The position numbers were made by a program, and so were the translations under genes. Shown here piece by piece: positions 7,269-14,661 of a DNA stretch of 14,661 nucleotides. The stretch is from an uncultured bacterium. Its GTDB lineage: Bacteria > CAIJMQ01. The notes under the pieces are model-generated. The model was not told the DNA's origin. It saw only the letters and a program-made list of their open reading frames with translations, and ran no database searches. Each line of letters starts with the position of its first letter. Position 1 is the first letter of the stretch. The DNA lies in the NCBI GenBank assembly GCA_964573245.1, contig CAZNJA010000014.1, positions 13,045 to 27,705 on the forward strand, given 5' to 3'.

Positions 7269-8018
7269 ATGATTCCGATTAAATCTGCAAAAGAAATTAA
7301 AATTCTCGGCGAGGCGAATAGGATAGTTGCTAAGCTCTTGAATGCAATGAAAACAAGAATTAAGCCTGGCATAAACACGAAAGAGTTGGATGTTTTTGCG
7401 GAAGATTTGATAAAAAAAGAGGGAGCAACTGCCGCATTTAAAGGTTATCATGGATATCCTGCATCCGTTTGCACTTCTATAAACCAAGAAGTGGTTCATG
7501 GTATTCCTTCCGATAAAAGGTTCTTAAAAGACGGTGATATTATAAGTGTAGATTTTGGGGTGAGATTCAAAGGTTATTACGGCGATGCGGCGATTACTTG
7601 CTCTGTCGGAAAAATAAGCAATAAGACAAAAGAACTTCTCAAAGTTACGGAACAAGCACTTTATAAAGGTATAGAACAGGCGAAAATAGGTAATTATTTA
7701 TTCGATATTTCTTGGGCGATTCAATCATTTGTTGAAGGAAAAGGATATGGAGTAATAAGAGATTTTGTAGGGCATGGAATTGGCAGCCAACTTCATGAAG
7801 AACCGCAAATACCCAATTGCGGCAAACCCCACACAGGTCCTGTCTTAAAAGAAGGAATGGTCTTTGCTATTGAACCCATGGTTTCTCAAGGCACGTGGGA
7901 AGTGGAAGTTCTTGATGATGGATGGACTGCTGTTACTTTGGACAATTCTTTATCTTGTCATTTTGAGCATACGATTGCTATAATGAAAAACGGGCCGGTG
8001 ATTTTAAGCAGAGAATAA
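7269..8018 (+). CDS. map: Methionine aminopeptidase, type I
   Basis: Motifs CTSINQEVVHGIP, GDIISVDFG, GYYGDAA, GHGIG...HEEP, AIEPM and HFEHTI. Confidence 0.97.
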   Translation: MIPIKSAKEIKILGEANRIVAKLLNAMKTRIKPGINTKELDVFAEDLIKKEGATAAFKGYHGYPASVCTSINQEVVHGIPSDKRFLKDGDIISVDFGVRFKGYYGDAAITCSVGKISNKTKELLKVTEQALYKGIEQAKIGNYLFDISWAIQSFVEGKGYGVIRDFVGHGIGSQLHEEPQIPNCGKPHTGPVLKEGMVFAIEPMVSQGTWEVEVLDDGWTAVTLDNSLSCHFEHTIAIMKNGPVILSRE

Positions 8019-8061
8019 AATAAATTGGCAAAACATCGTGTAAAACAAAAAGGATATTGTT

Positions 8062-8514
8062 ATGAAAATCAGAAAGGCAACAGTTAAAGATGTTGTTTTT
8101 ATTTACAAATTGTTGGAATATTTTAGTTCCAAAGAGTTGTTGCTTCCCCGTTCTTTGTCTGAATTGTATGACAATGTAAGAGATGTTTTTGTCGCCGAAG
8201 AAGAAGGGGAAATAATAGGATGTTGTTCTTTGCATTCGTGCTGGGAGGATTTGGGAGAAATAAAATCTTTGGCTGTGAAAGAGGAGTGGAACAGCAAAGG
8301 AATAGGTAAAAACTTAGTAGAAATGTGTTTGAATGATGCTCCTAAATTGGGGCTTAAGAAGGTTTTTGCTCTCACTTATGTTGCCAATTTTTTCAAAACT
8401 TTGGGATTTAAAGAAATTCCAAAAGAGGAATTACCCCATAAAGTATGGAAGGAATGCGTTAGTTGTCCGAAATTTCCCGACTGCGGCGAAATTGCTTTAA
8501 TAAAGGATATATAA
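8062..8514 (+). CDS. GNAT N-acetyltransferase, short ArgA-like (probable N-acetylglutamate synthase)
   Basis: IRKATVKDV, LLPRSLSELY, EIKSLAV, acetyl-CoA loop KGIGKNLV and C-terminal LPHKVWKECVSCPKFPDC, typical of the short ArgA-like family. Confidence 0.85.
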   Translation: MKIRKATVKDVVFIYKLLEYFSSKELLLPRSLSELYDNVRDVFVAEEEGEIIGCCSLHSCWEDLGEIKSLAVKEEWNSKGIGKNLVEMCLNDAPKLGLKKVFALTYVANFFKTLGFKEIPKEELPHKVWKECVSCPKFPDCGEIALIKDI

Positions 8515-8536
8515 AAACACAATAGGAGATTGTGAT

Positions 8537-9205
8537 ATGCGAGAAAAATATGTGGTGGACGCACTTTCTGCACACGAAAGCTGGCGAATATTTAGAATTA
8601 TGTCGGAATTTGTGGATTCCATAGAACAGTTAAGCGAAATCCCGAAAGCAGTTTCCATAGTCGGTTCTACAAGAATAACGCCATCAGACCCTCTTTATCA
8701 GCAGGCTTATGATATTGCAGGCAAACTTGCAAAGGAGGGGTTTTCCATAATTACGGGTGGCGGTCCAGGCATTATGGAAGCCGCCAATAAAGGAGCTAAA
8801 GATGCAGGCGGTATTTCTGTTGGTCTTAATATTGAACTTCCACAAGAACAAAGCCCTAATCCGTATGTGGGAACTTTACTCAATTTCCGTTACTTTTTCA
8901 TAAGAAAAGTGATGTTCGTAAAATATTCCACCGCGTTTATTATTATGCCCGGCGGATTCGGCACGTTGGATGAATTTTTTGAACCTGTAACTCTGATCCA
9001 AACAGATAAAATTAAACCTTTTCCGGTTATACTGGTTGGTAGAAAATACTGGGGCGGCTTGACCGAATGGATGAAAAATACGTTATTGGAAAGCGGTAAA
9101 GTTACACCGCAAGATATGGAAATATTCAAGACCGTTGATACAACTGATGAAGTAATAGCGACAGTTAAGAAGGGAATAGTAAGAGTCAATTCTGTAAAAG
9201 AATAG
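8537..9205 (+). CDS. LOG-family (TIGR00730-type) nucleotide phosphoribohydrolase
   Basis: Motifs TGGGPGIMEAANKGA, FFIRKVMF and PGGFGTLDE; RBS AGGAG upstream. Confidence 0.93.
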   Translation: MREKYVVDALSAHESWRIFRIMSEFVDSIEQLSEIPKAVSIVGSTRITPSDPLYQQAYDIAGKLAKEGFSIITGGGPGIMEAANKGAKDAGGISVGLNIELPQEQSPNPYVGTLLNFRYFFIRKVMFVKYSTAFIIMPGGFGTLDEFFEPVTLIQTDKIKPFPVILVGRKYWGGLTEWMKNTLLESGKVTPQDMEIFKTVDTTDEVIATVKKGIVRVNSVKE

Positions 9206-9722
9206 TTTCCAACACTGCCTTAATTTCCTTAATTGAACCATCAATTTTGTGATAGTCCATTTCTAAAAATACGGCTTTTACTTTGTTTCTCAAAAAATGA
9301 ATTAATATCCCTTCCCCTTTTTTTAAGTTATTGTTCCTATCGTAAACATAAGAGACAGAACAACTCGGAGACCTGGCAATGCCTATAAATACGATGTGAT
9401 AATCTTTGAATTTTTCAAGATTCTCAATAACATCTTCCGCTAATTTTTCACAAAAACCTTTGAATCCCTGCCCGCCAGGTCTTGTTGGGTGGGCCTCTAA
9501 TTCCATATACTCATCATAAGTCTTTGGTTCTCTTTCCCCAAGGAATAAAAACTCAGGGCAAGGTAACTCTTCTATTTTCGCGTTATATTTTCTTGCTAGT
9601 TTTATTATTTTCTGTTTTATTCCAGGATGCTGTGAAAGCCCGTTAGCTCGCAACTTTGGATTAAGGAGGCAAGGAGCTACGGTGAGAATAACCGTCTTTT
9701 TATTGGGTTTTAATTTTTGCAT
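9186..9722 (-). CDS. DUF523 / 2-thiouracil desulfurase (TudS)-like putative Fe-S protein
   Basis: Motifs CLLN, LPCPE and GIARSPSCS plus a C-terminal GEGILI. Its 3' end overlaps the convergent LOG gene by 20 nt. Confidence 0.75.
   Translation of the reverse strand: MQKLKPNKKTVILTVAPCLLNPKLRANGLSQHPGIKQKIIKLARKYNAKIEELPCPEFLFLGEREPKTYDEYMELEAHPTRPGGQGFKGFCEKLAEDVIENLEKFKDYHIVFIGIARSPSCSVSYVYDRNNNLKKGEGILIHFLRNKVKAVFLEMDYHKIDGSIKEIKAVLETILLQN
9468..9494. mobile_element. Putative 25-nt palindromic insertion plus 2-bp duplication, in frame within the DUF523-like gene
   Basis: GCCCGCC (9470-9476) and GGTGGGC (9488-9494) form a GC-rich inverted repeat, flanked by CT at 9468-9469 and 9495-9496. The 27 nt encode AHPTRPGGQ. 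Confidence 0.55.
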
Positions 9723-9727
9723 ATTGT

Positions 9728-9791
9728 GCTTCTTGATACTATATTCTAGATGTTAGTAGTTACAAGTATCAAGTATCTAGCATCCAGCATC
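9728..9791. repeat. Two 7-mer arrays in inverted orientation, same family as 7198-7254
   Basis: GATACTA TATTCTA GATGTTA (9735-9755) and CAAGTAT CAAGTAT CTAGCAT CCAGCAT (9763-9790). The reverse complement of the right arm shares GGATGCTAGAT with 7198-7208. Confidence 0.7.
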
Positions 9792-10739
9792 TTCTTTTTT
9801 CTTACGTGCCCAATTTATCGCATATTGCATATCTTTCGGCAACGGGGCTTCGAATTCCATGATTTTTTTTAATGTGGGGTGGTAAAATTTTAATTTATGC
9901 GCATGCAGTAATTGTCTTGTAATTTTATCCTTTATTTTTTTCAAGCTTGACGAAGTTATCCGCTTTTTCCCACCGTATACTTCATCACCTATTATCGGAT
10001 GTCCGAGAGAAGAAAGATGAACTCTTATTTGGTGGGTTCTTCCTGTTTTGAGCTCCAGTTCCAATAACGCGAAATCTTCAAATCTTTCTTTTACCGTAAA
10101 AAGGGTTCTGGATTCTCTCGCCTTTGCGGAAAAAATACTCATTTTTTTTCTGTCTCCTATCGACCTACCGATGGGAATGTTGATTTCTCCGGTATTTTCT
10201 TTGATAATTCCCCACACAAGCGCAATGTATATTTTTTCTGTCTCTCGTTCTTTGAATTGGCGTGCGATTTCATTATGTGTTTTTTCGGTTTTTGCTATTA
10301 CCATTACGCCTGAAGTATTCTTGTCCAACCGATGAACAAGCCCGCCTCTTTCATTTCCACCTATTTTTAATATTTCCTCGCCGCAATGGTTAAGCAAAGC
10401 ATTTACCAGTGTCTGTGTTTTTTTTTCGCCTGCCGGATGGACAATAAGCCCTGCGGGTTTATTTATGACAATAAGTTCTTCGTCTTCGTAGAGGACATTT
10501 AAAGGGATATTTTCTGCTTCAAGAGTAGTAGGGGAAATGGGTAAAATTCGAACTTCTACTATTTCGTTCCTTTTGACTTTATGATGCGGGATACTGATTA
10601 CCTTTTGATTGATTTTTACATTTCCGTTATGTATCAGTTTTTGAATTTTGGAGCGGGATAATCCAAGTTTTGACAGTAAAAATTTATCTAAACGTTGGTT
10701 TTCATCTTCGATGCTGGGAGAAAAATTAAAGCTTTTCAC
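9777..10739 (-). CDS. rluD: RluA-family pseudouridine synthase, RluD-like with an S4 domain
   Basis: N-terminal RLDKFL...SRSKIQ (S4), INKPAGLIVHP, catalytic VHRLDKNTSG, TGRTHQIRVH, GHPIIGD and LLHA; GTG start. Confidence 0.92.
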   Translation of the reverse strand: MKSFNFSPSIEDENQRLDKFLLSKLGLSRSKIQKLIHNGNVKINQKVISIPHHKVKRNEIVEVRILPISPTTLEAENIPLNVLYEDEELIVINKPAGLIVHPAGEKKTQTLVNALLNHCGEEILKIGGNERGGLVHRLDKNTSGVMVIAKTEKTHNEIARQFKERETEKIYIALVWGIIKENTGEINIPIGRSIGDRKKMSIFSAKARESRTLFTVKERFEDFALLELELKTGRTHQIRVHLSSLGHPIIGDEVYGGKKRITSSSLKKIKDKITRQLLHAHKLKFYHPTLKKIMEFEAPLPKDMQYAINWARKKKEDAGC

Positions 10740-10770
10740 TGGCTATTTTTTTATAAATCTTCAGTATTTA

Positions 10771-10793
10771 CGATAACCGACAACCGATAACCG
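10771..10793. repeat. Three tandem 7-mers CGAYAAC
   Basis: CGATAAC CGACAAC CGATAAC CG in the ilvD-rluD spacer. Confidence 0.7.
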
Positions 10794-10797
10794 TTTT

Positions 10798-12477
10798 TTA
10801 TTTTAGTATTGCGCCTTTATCCGCGGAAGTTGTCAGGTGAGAATACCTTTTGAGGAAAGGAGATTTTACTTTAGACGGTAAAATTTTCATTTCTTTTTTT
10901 CTCTTTGTTAATTCTTTGTTGTCCACTTTAAGCGAAATTTGTCTTTTCGGGATACTTATATCTATCCTGTCGCCGTCTTTTACATATGCTATGGGTCCGC
11001 CTTCCGCTGCTTCGGGAGACACGTGTCCTATTGCCAGGCCCCTTGTTCCGCCGGAAAAACGTCCGTCGGTAATAAGAGCAACACTTTCACCGAGCCCTTT
11101 TCCCGCAATCGCCGAAGTAGGTGAGAGCATCTCTCTCATTCCGGGTCCGCCTTTAGGCCCTTCGTATCTTATAACAACCACATCACCTTTTTTTATTTTG
11201 TTGGCTACTATCGATTTCATTGCATCTTCTTCGCAGTTAAAAACCTTTGCCTTTCCGGAAAAACTCCACACTTTTTCATTAACTGCAGAACGTTTAACTA
11301 CTGCTCCGTTAGGCGCGAGGTTCCCTTTCAATATGGCAATACCGCCTTCTTTATAATACGGTTTATTGAACGGTCTTATAACTTCAGTATCAAGGTTGGC
11401 GGCATTTTTTACTCTCGGTTCTATTTTCCCTTCAACAGCGGTGAGTTTAAGATTTAATAGTTTTTTCTTCGAAAGTTCTTTCATAACCGCAAGGATTCCG
11501 CCTGCCTTGTCCAAATCTTCTAAATGCCAAGGACCAGCCGGCGATAGTTTACAAAGATTGGGAGTTTTTCTCGAAATTTTATCGAATGTATCCAGTTCCA
11601 GTTTTATACCCGCTTCATGAGCGATAGCCGGTAAATGCAAGACCGTGTTTGTGGAACTGCCCAGTGCCATCTCAACAGTCATAGCGTTCTTAAAAGCTTC
11701 CATTGTGGCAATTTGTCTCGGCTTTATATCTTTTTTTATAAGCTCGACTATTCTCATCCCGACCTTCTTTGCTAATCTTCTTCTCTGTGACATAACTGCG
11801 GGAATAGTTCCGTTTCCAAACGGCGCAAGACCCAAAGCTTCGGATATACAATTCATGGAATTTGCGGTGAACATCCCCGAACAAGACCCGCATGTAGGAC
11901 AAGCGCATTCTTCGAGTTCTGCAAGTTCTGCAGTTTTCATCTTTCCCGATGAGAATTTTCCCACCGCTTCGAATACTGTAATCAAATCAAGAGATTTCCC
12001 TCTTAAATTACCTGCCAGCATAGGTCCGCCTGAAACAAGAATAGAGGGAATATTCAATCTTAGCGCTGCCATCAGCATACCGGGAACTATCTTGTCGCAG
12101 TTTGGAATCAAAACGAGTCCGTCAAAAGGGTGCGCGCTTGCCATAATCTCAACAGAGTCCGCAACAATTTCTCTTGAAGGAAGTGAAAACTTCATTCCCT
12201 CGTGTCCCATGGCTATACCGTCGCATACGCCGATTGTCTGAAATTCCATCGGTGTGGCGCCTGCCATCCTTATACCATTTTTTACTGCAGTCGCTATTTC
12301 CTTAAGGTGTATATGTCCGGGAACTATTTCATTCCATGAATTTGCTATACCGATAATGGGACGTGATAGTTCTTCGTCCGTAAAACCCGATGCTTTCAAT
12401 AGAGAACGGTTCCCCGCCCTTTCAAAACCTTTTTTCATCCTGTCTGATCTCATTTTTATCCTCTCTACTTTATTCAT
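10798..12477 (-). CDS. ilvD: Dihydroxy-acid dehydratase
   Basis: Motifs [72 protein letters not shown] and GHVSPEA. The start could be the ATG at 12477 or a nearby downstream ATG (MRSD...). Confidence 0.97.
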   Translation of the reverse strand: MNKVERIKMRSDRMKKGFERAGNRSLLKASGFTDEELSRPIIGIANSWNEIVPGHIHLKEIATAVKNGIRMAGATPMEFQTIGVCDGIAMGHEGMKFSLPSREIVADSVEIMASAHPFDGLVLIPNCDKIVPGMLMAALRLNIPSILVSGGPMLAGNLRGKSLDLITVFEAVGKFSSGKMKTAELAELEECACPTCGSCSGMFTANSMNCISEALGLAPFGNGTIPAVMSQRRRLAKKVGMRIVELIKKDIKPRQIATMEAFKNAMTVEMALGSSTNTVLHLPAIAHEAGIKLELDTFDKISRKTPNLCKLSPAGPWHLEDLDKAGGILAVMKELSKKKLLNLKLTAVEGKIEPRVKNAANLDTEVIRPFNKPYYKEGGIAILKGNLAPNGAVVKRSAVNEKVWSFSGKAKVFNCEEDAMKSIVANKIKKGDVVVIRYEGPKGGPGMREMLSPTSAIAGKGLGESVALITDGRFSGGTRGLAIGHVSPEAAEGGPIAYVKDGDRIDISIPKRQISLKVDNKELTKRKKEMKILPSKVKSPFLKRYSHLTTSADKGAILK

Positions 12478-12485
12478 TAATTACT

Positions 12486-12524
12486 GTAATCGGTGTAATC
12501 TTATTTGAAGTAATCTGTGTAATC
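12486..12524. repeat. 15-nt direct repeat built from 9-nt-period GTAATC units
   Basis: GTAATCGGTGTAATC (12486-12500) and GTAATCTGTGTAATC (12510-12524) differ at one position. Confidence 0.7.
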
Positions 12525-12678
12525 ATTTTTTCTTATAATCTTTACACTCTATAGCATTAGGCCTTTCCGGCCTTGAGCACGCTTCCCGCCAGTTATATCT
12601 GCAATCATCACACAGAAACTTCCCGCCTCTGAAACTACCCTTTATCTTCCGCCAAAACCGTTTTAAAAATTCTATCAT
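12523..12678 (-). CDS. Small basic four-cysteine protein (51 aa), putative metal-binding
   Basis: MIEFLKRFWRKIKGSFRGGKFLCDDCRYNWREACSRPERPNAIECKDYKKK has a C-x2-C-x7-C-x10-C pattern. The ORF-track TTG start at 12720 is the promoter -35 box, so ATG at 12678 is preferred. Confidence 0.7.
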   Translation of the reverse strand: MIEFLKRFWRKIKGSFRGGKFLCDDCRYNWREACSRPERPNAIECKDYKKK

Positions 12679-12690
12679 AAAATATGGTTG

Positions 12691-12720
12691 ATTATAAGAG
12701 AATGGATAAACAGATGTCAA
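12691..12720 (-). promoter_or_regulatory. Consensus sigma70 promoter for the small-protein/ilvD/rluD/DUF523 cluster
   Basis: On the minus strand, TTGACA (12720-12715), an 18-nt spacer and TATAAT (12696-12691), ending 12 nt before the ATG at 12678. Confidence 0.8.
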
Positions 12721-12783
12721 AAGAGGAAGTGGAAGAAGAACAGGACGAGAAGAGAAAAGCGTATTTGGAAGTGTGTTATTGCA

Positions 12784-12895
12784 AGACCTGACCCCATATT
12801 TTGACGCAGATATAAGATTTTCAAAGAGCGAGGAAGGAAGTTACTTAGACTAAATCTAACCTGTCAATTGTGGAGACCTGATGACCCCATATTTG
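12784..12895. repeat. Two direct copies of AGACCTGACCCCATATTT (possible transposase-end or REP-like remnants)
   Basis: AGACCTGACCCCATATTTTG (12784-12803) and AGACCTGA-TGA-CCCCATATTTG (12874-12895); the second has a 3-nt TGA duplication. Confidence 0.7.
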
Positions 12896-12898
12896 CTA

Positions 12899-13525
12899 CT
12901 ATCTTTGTAACCCTATCTTTGATTTATTTTCTAATTTGAATAATGTTGGCTGTTCTTCTTCAGATTCTGAGTGCTCTGGATCCTTCAAATTGCTCGATTC
13001 AACCAATTGCGCCTTGAGAGCACGCACCTTATCTTCTATGAATGCTTTATGTACTGGCTCCAACTTTTCTGTCATTGCATTTTCAAAAGCCTCTTCACCC
13101 ATTCTCAAATGAATTTTACCAATTTCGATAAGAACAAGAGCCCTCTGCATACTAAAATTCTTTCGATCCTCTTCTCTATCGGTGAGAATTAGGATTTTTT
13201 GGTATTCTTCAAGAGCCATGTCGTACTTGCTCTGCGAAAAATAGGCTTTCGCTTTATTTCTGTGTTCTAAAATAAGATTGCCAGTCTGTTCAAGTTTATC
13301 AAAAGCATCCCTTAATTCTGGATTTTCATTTATAAGTTGGTCGAATTTTCCTAAAGCTTCTTTAAAAGCTTTTTCGTCTCCTACCCTTTGAGCTTCTCTA
13401 ATCTCTCCGTTCAGTTTCTCAATCTGCATTTTAACATTTTCATCAATGCTATAGGCAGGGCTGAATAAACTACAGAGTCCAACTAGTATCAAAATACCCA
13501 CAGCTTTGTTTAACATTTTTTTCAT
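12899..13525 (-). CDS. Hypothetical exported helical protein with a TPR-like segment
   Basis: Signal-peptide-like N-terminus (MKKMLNKAVGILILVGLCSLFSPAYS), TPR-like AKAYFSQSKYDMALEEYQKI and ALVLIEIGKIHL, RBS-like AAGGA upstream. Confidence 0.7.
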   Translation of the reverse strand: MKKMLNKAVGILILVGLCSLFSPAYSIDENVKMQIEKLNGEIREAQRVGDEKAFKEALGKFDQLINENPELRDAFDKLEQTGNLILEHRNKAKAYFSQSKYDMALEEYQKILILTDREEDRKNFSMQRALVLIEIGKIHLRMGEEAFENAMTEKLEPVHKAFIEDKVRALKAQLVESSNLKDPEHSESEEEQPTLFKLENKSKIGLQR

Positions 13526-13565
13526 TTCCTTATCCTTTTTTGCATTATTGGTTACTTATTTACTC

Positions 13566-14660
13566 TCAGTTACACTCGACGGTTATTTGTTCAACCTGAA
13601 TATAATATCCATCACCATACGAATTGTTAAATTCAGTAGCAGCTTGATTTTCCTCACCGACTGCCGTAGCCTCTCCTTTAAATTTAACTCGAATTGTATG
13701 TTGTCCAGAAGACACACTGTTGAAATTTTCACTAAATATATAACTTCCATTATAAGTCTGATTCTCACCACTAGAATGTAACAATTTATAATCCCCACCA
13801 TCTAATTTTACCCATATTCTAAATTTTACAATAGCAGCTGATGCCCTGACTTTACCATTCAGTTTGGTTTTAATACACACTTTTACATCTGCAGGAATTT
13901 CTTGTGAATAAGTACTCCCTAATATGCCCGAAGCCCAACAGGAACCCCCCATCTCCACTGGCACTCCCAATAAGTCTCCAGTTACACCCCATGAGAATGC
14001 TAAGAATTCTATCGTTTTTTGTGCAGTATTTACATTGCTTTCATGCAAGGTGTTAGCACAAAACATCACAGCGCCTTCAGGATTGCATGCATGATCTGCA
14101 AAACCAATAGTCATATCGTCAATAACCCACGGCCCCACATTCACACAATTGCCATTATCACATTTTTGACAATCCCCACATTCTTTCGGCTGACATTCAT
14201 CATTCACGCATTCCTGACATACGGGACATACCTTTTCTTCACAAAATCCGGTATCTACATGGCATTCTTCACATAAAGAAGCGCAAACTATCGGCTCACA
14301 GAAATTATCTTCGTTGCATTCATAACAGGAGTTACAATCCTCATCATCCTCACAATCTGTCCCATCACAACTCTCATAACAATTCCCGTCGTTACAGCAG
14401 ATAAGACCTAATTCAGCACAGGTCTTGCAACTTCCGCCTGTAGAACAGACCACGCAATCTCCCGTGCAATTGTCCACGCATACACCATTATTGCAAATCT
14501 GGCAGTCGTTGCATTTATCTATACATGAATCATCTACACAAATCTCACAAAGTAGGGGCTCACAGTCTGATTGACACTCATCATTAGTACATGTTTCACA
14601 GTCAGGGCATTCTGTAGCCAGGCAAATATCACCGACACATTCCTCGCAATCTTCCGTGCA
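13566..14660 (-). CDS. Cysteine-rich repeat protein, 5'-partial, with a C-terminal beta-rich domain
   Basis: The frame stays open from the ORF-track GTG at 14477 to the window edge, adding CTEDCEECVGDICLATECPDCETCTNDECQSDCEPLLCEICVDDSCIDKCNDCQICNNGVC. About nine C-x(2-4)-C-x2-C-x(4-6)-C units are visible, and the true start lies outside the window. Confidence 0.8.
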   Translation of the reverse strand, partial: CTEDCEECVGDICLATECPDCETCTNDECQSDCEPLLCEICVDDSCIDKCNDCQICNNGVCVDNCTGDCVVCSTGGSCKTCAELGLICCNDGNCYESCDGTDCEDDEDCNSCYECNEDNFCEPIVCASLCEECHVDTGFCEEKVCPVCQECVNDECQPKECGDCQKCDNGNCVNVGPWVIDDMTIGFADHACNPEGAVMFCANTLHESNVNTAQKTIEFLAFSWGVTGDLLGVPVEMGGSCWASGILGSTYSQEIPADVKVCIKTKLNGKVRASAAIVKFRIWVKLDGGDYKLLHSSGENQTYNGSYIFSENFNSVSSGQHTIRVKFKGEATAVGEENQAATEFNNSYGDGYYIQVEQITVECN

Positions 14661-14661
14661 G

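Noticed and set aside
678-12508. Numerous antisense or alternate-frame ORFs overlapping thrS, pnp, dut, ftsK, map, the GNAT and LOG genes, rluD and ilvD
   Set aside because: They are shadows of well-supported genes, with Phe/Ser/Ile-rich translations and no recognisable motifs.
12679-12720. TTG-start N-terminal extension of the small Cys protein
   Set aside because: The TTG is the -35 hexamer of a consensus promoter, so this stretch would largely not be transcribed from that promoter.
12702-12791. 29-aa + strand ORF (MDKQMSKEEVEEEQDEKRKAYLEVCYCKT) as a real gene
   Set aside because: It is too short, its start overlaps the opposite-strand promoter, and it is better treated as a possible transposase C-terminal remnant.
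14100-14660. Polyferredoxin or multiheme cytochrome call for the Cys-rich protein
   Set aside because: The spacing does not fit CxxCxxCxxxCP, and only one CxxCH (CEECH) occurs, which is expected by chance in such repeats.

Overview
Bacterial chromosomal window, AT-rich, mostly housekeeping genes. On the + strand are thrS (short form), pnp, dut, ftsK, map, an ArgA-like GNAT acetyltransferase and a LOG-family gene. Converging on them from the - strand are a small four-Cys protein, ilvD, a RluA/RluD pseudouridine synthase and a DUF523/TudS-like protein, preceded by a consensus sigma70 promoter. The right end holds an accessory-looking pair: a signal-peptide/TPR-like protein and a Cys-repeat protein that runs off the window. 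The most unusual part is 1-576, where an intact tRNA-Val(GAC) sits between two defective copies of itself. In both copies the anticodon arm is replaced by nearly the same GC-rich palindrome (TCCGACG-TAA/TTA-YGTCGGA), and one copy has a second palindrome nested inside it. A stand-alone 89-aa GIY-YIG nuclease gene starts 8 nt after the tRNA CCA and takes its stop codon from the next tRNA copy. This suggests a tandem [GIY-YIG + tRNA] unit linked to tiny palindromic insertions. Another such palindrome appears to be inserted in frame, with a 2-bp duplication, in the DUF523-like gene. Several intergenic spacers carry short 7- or 9-nt periodic repeats, and two GACCTGACCCC motifs mark the edge of the accessory region. 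All product calls come from motif recognition by eye; no searches were run.
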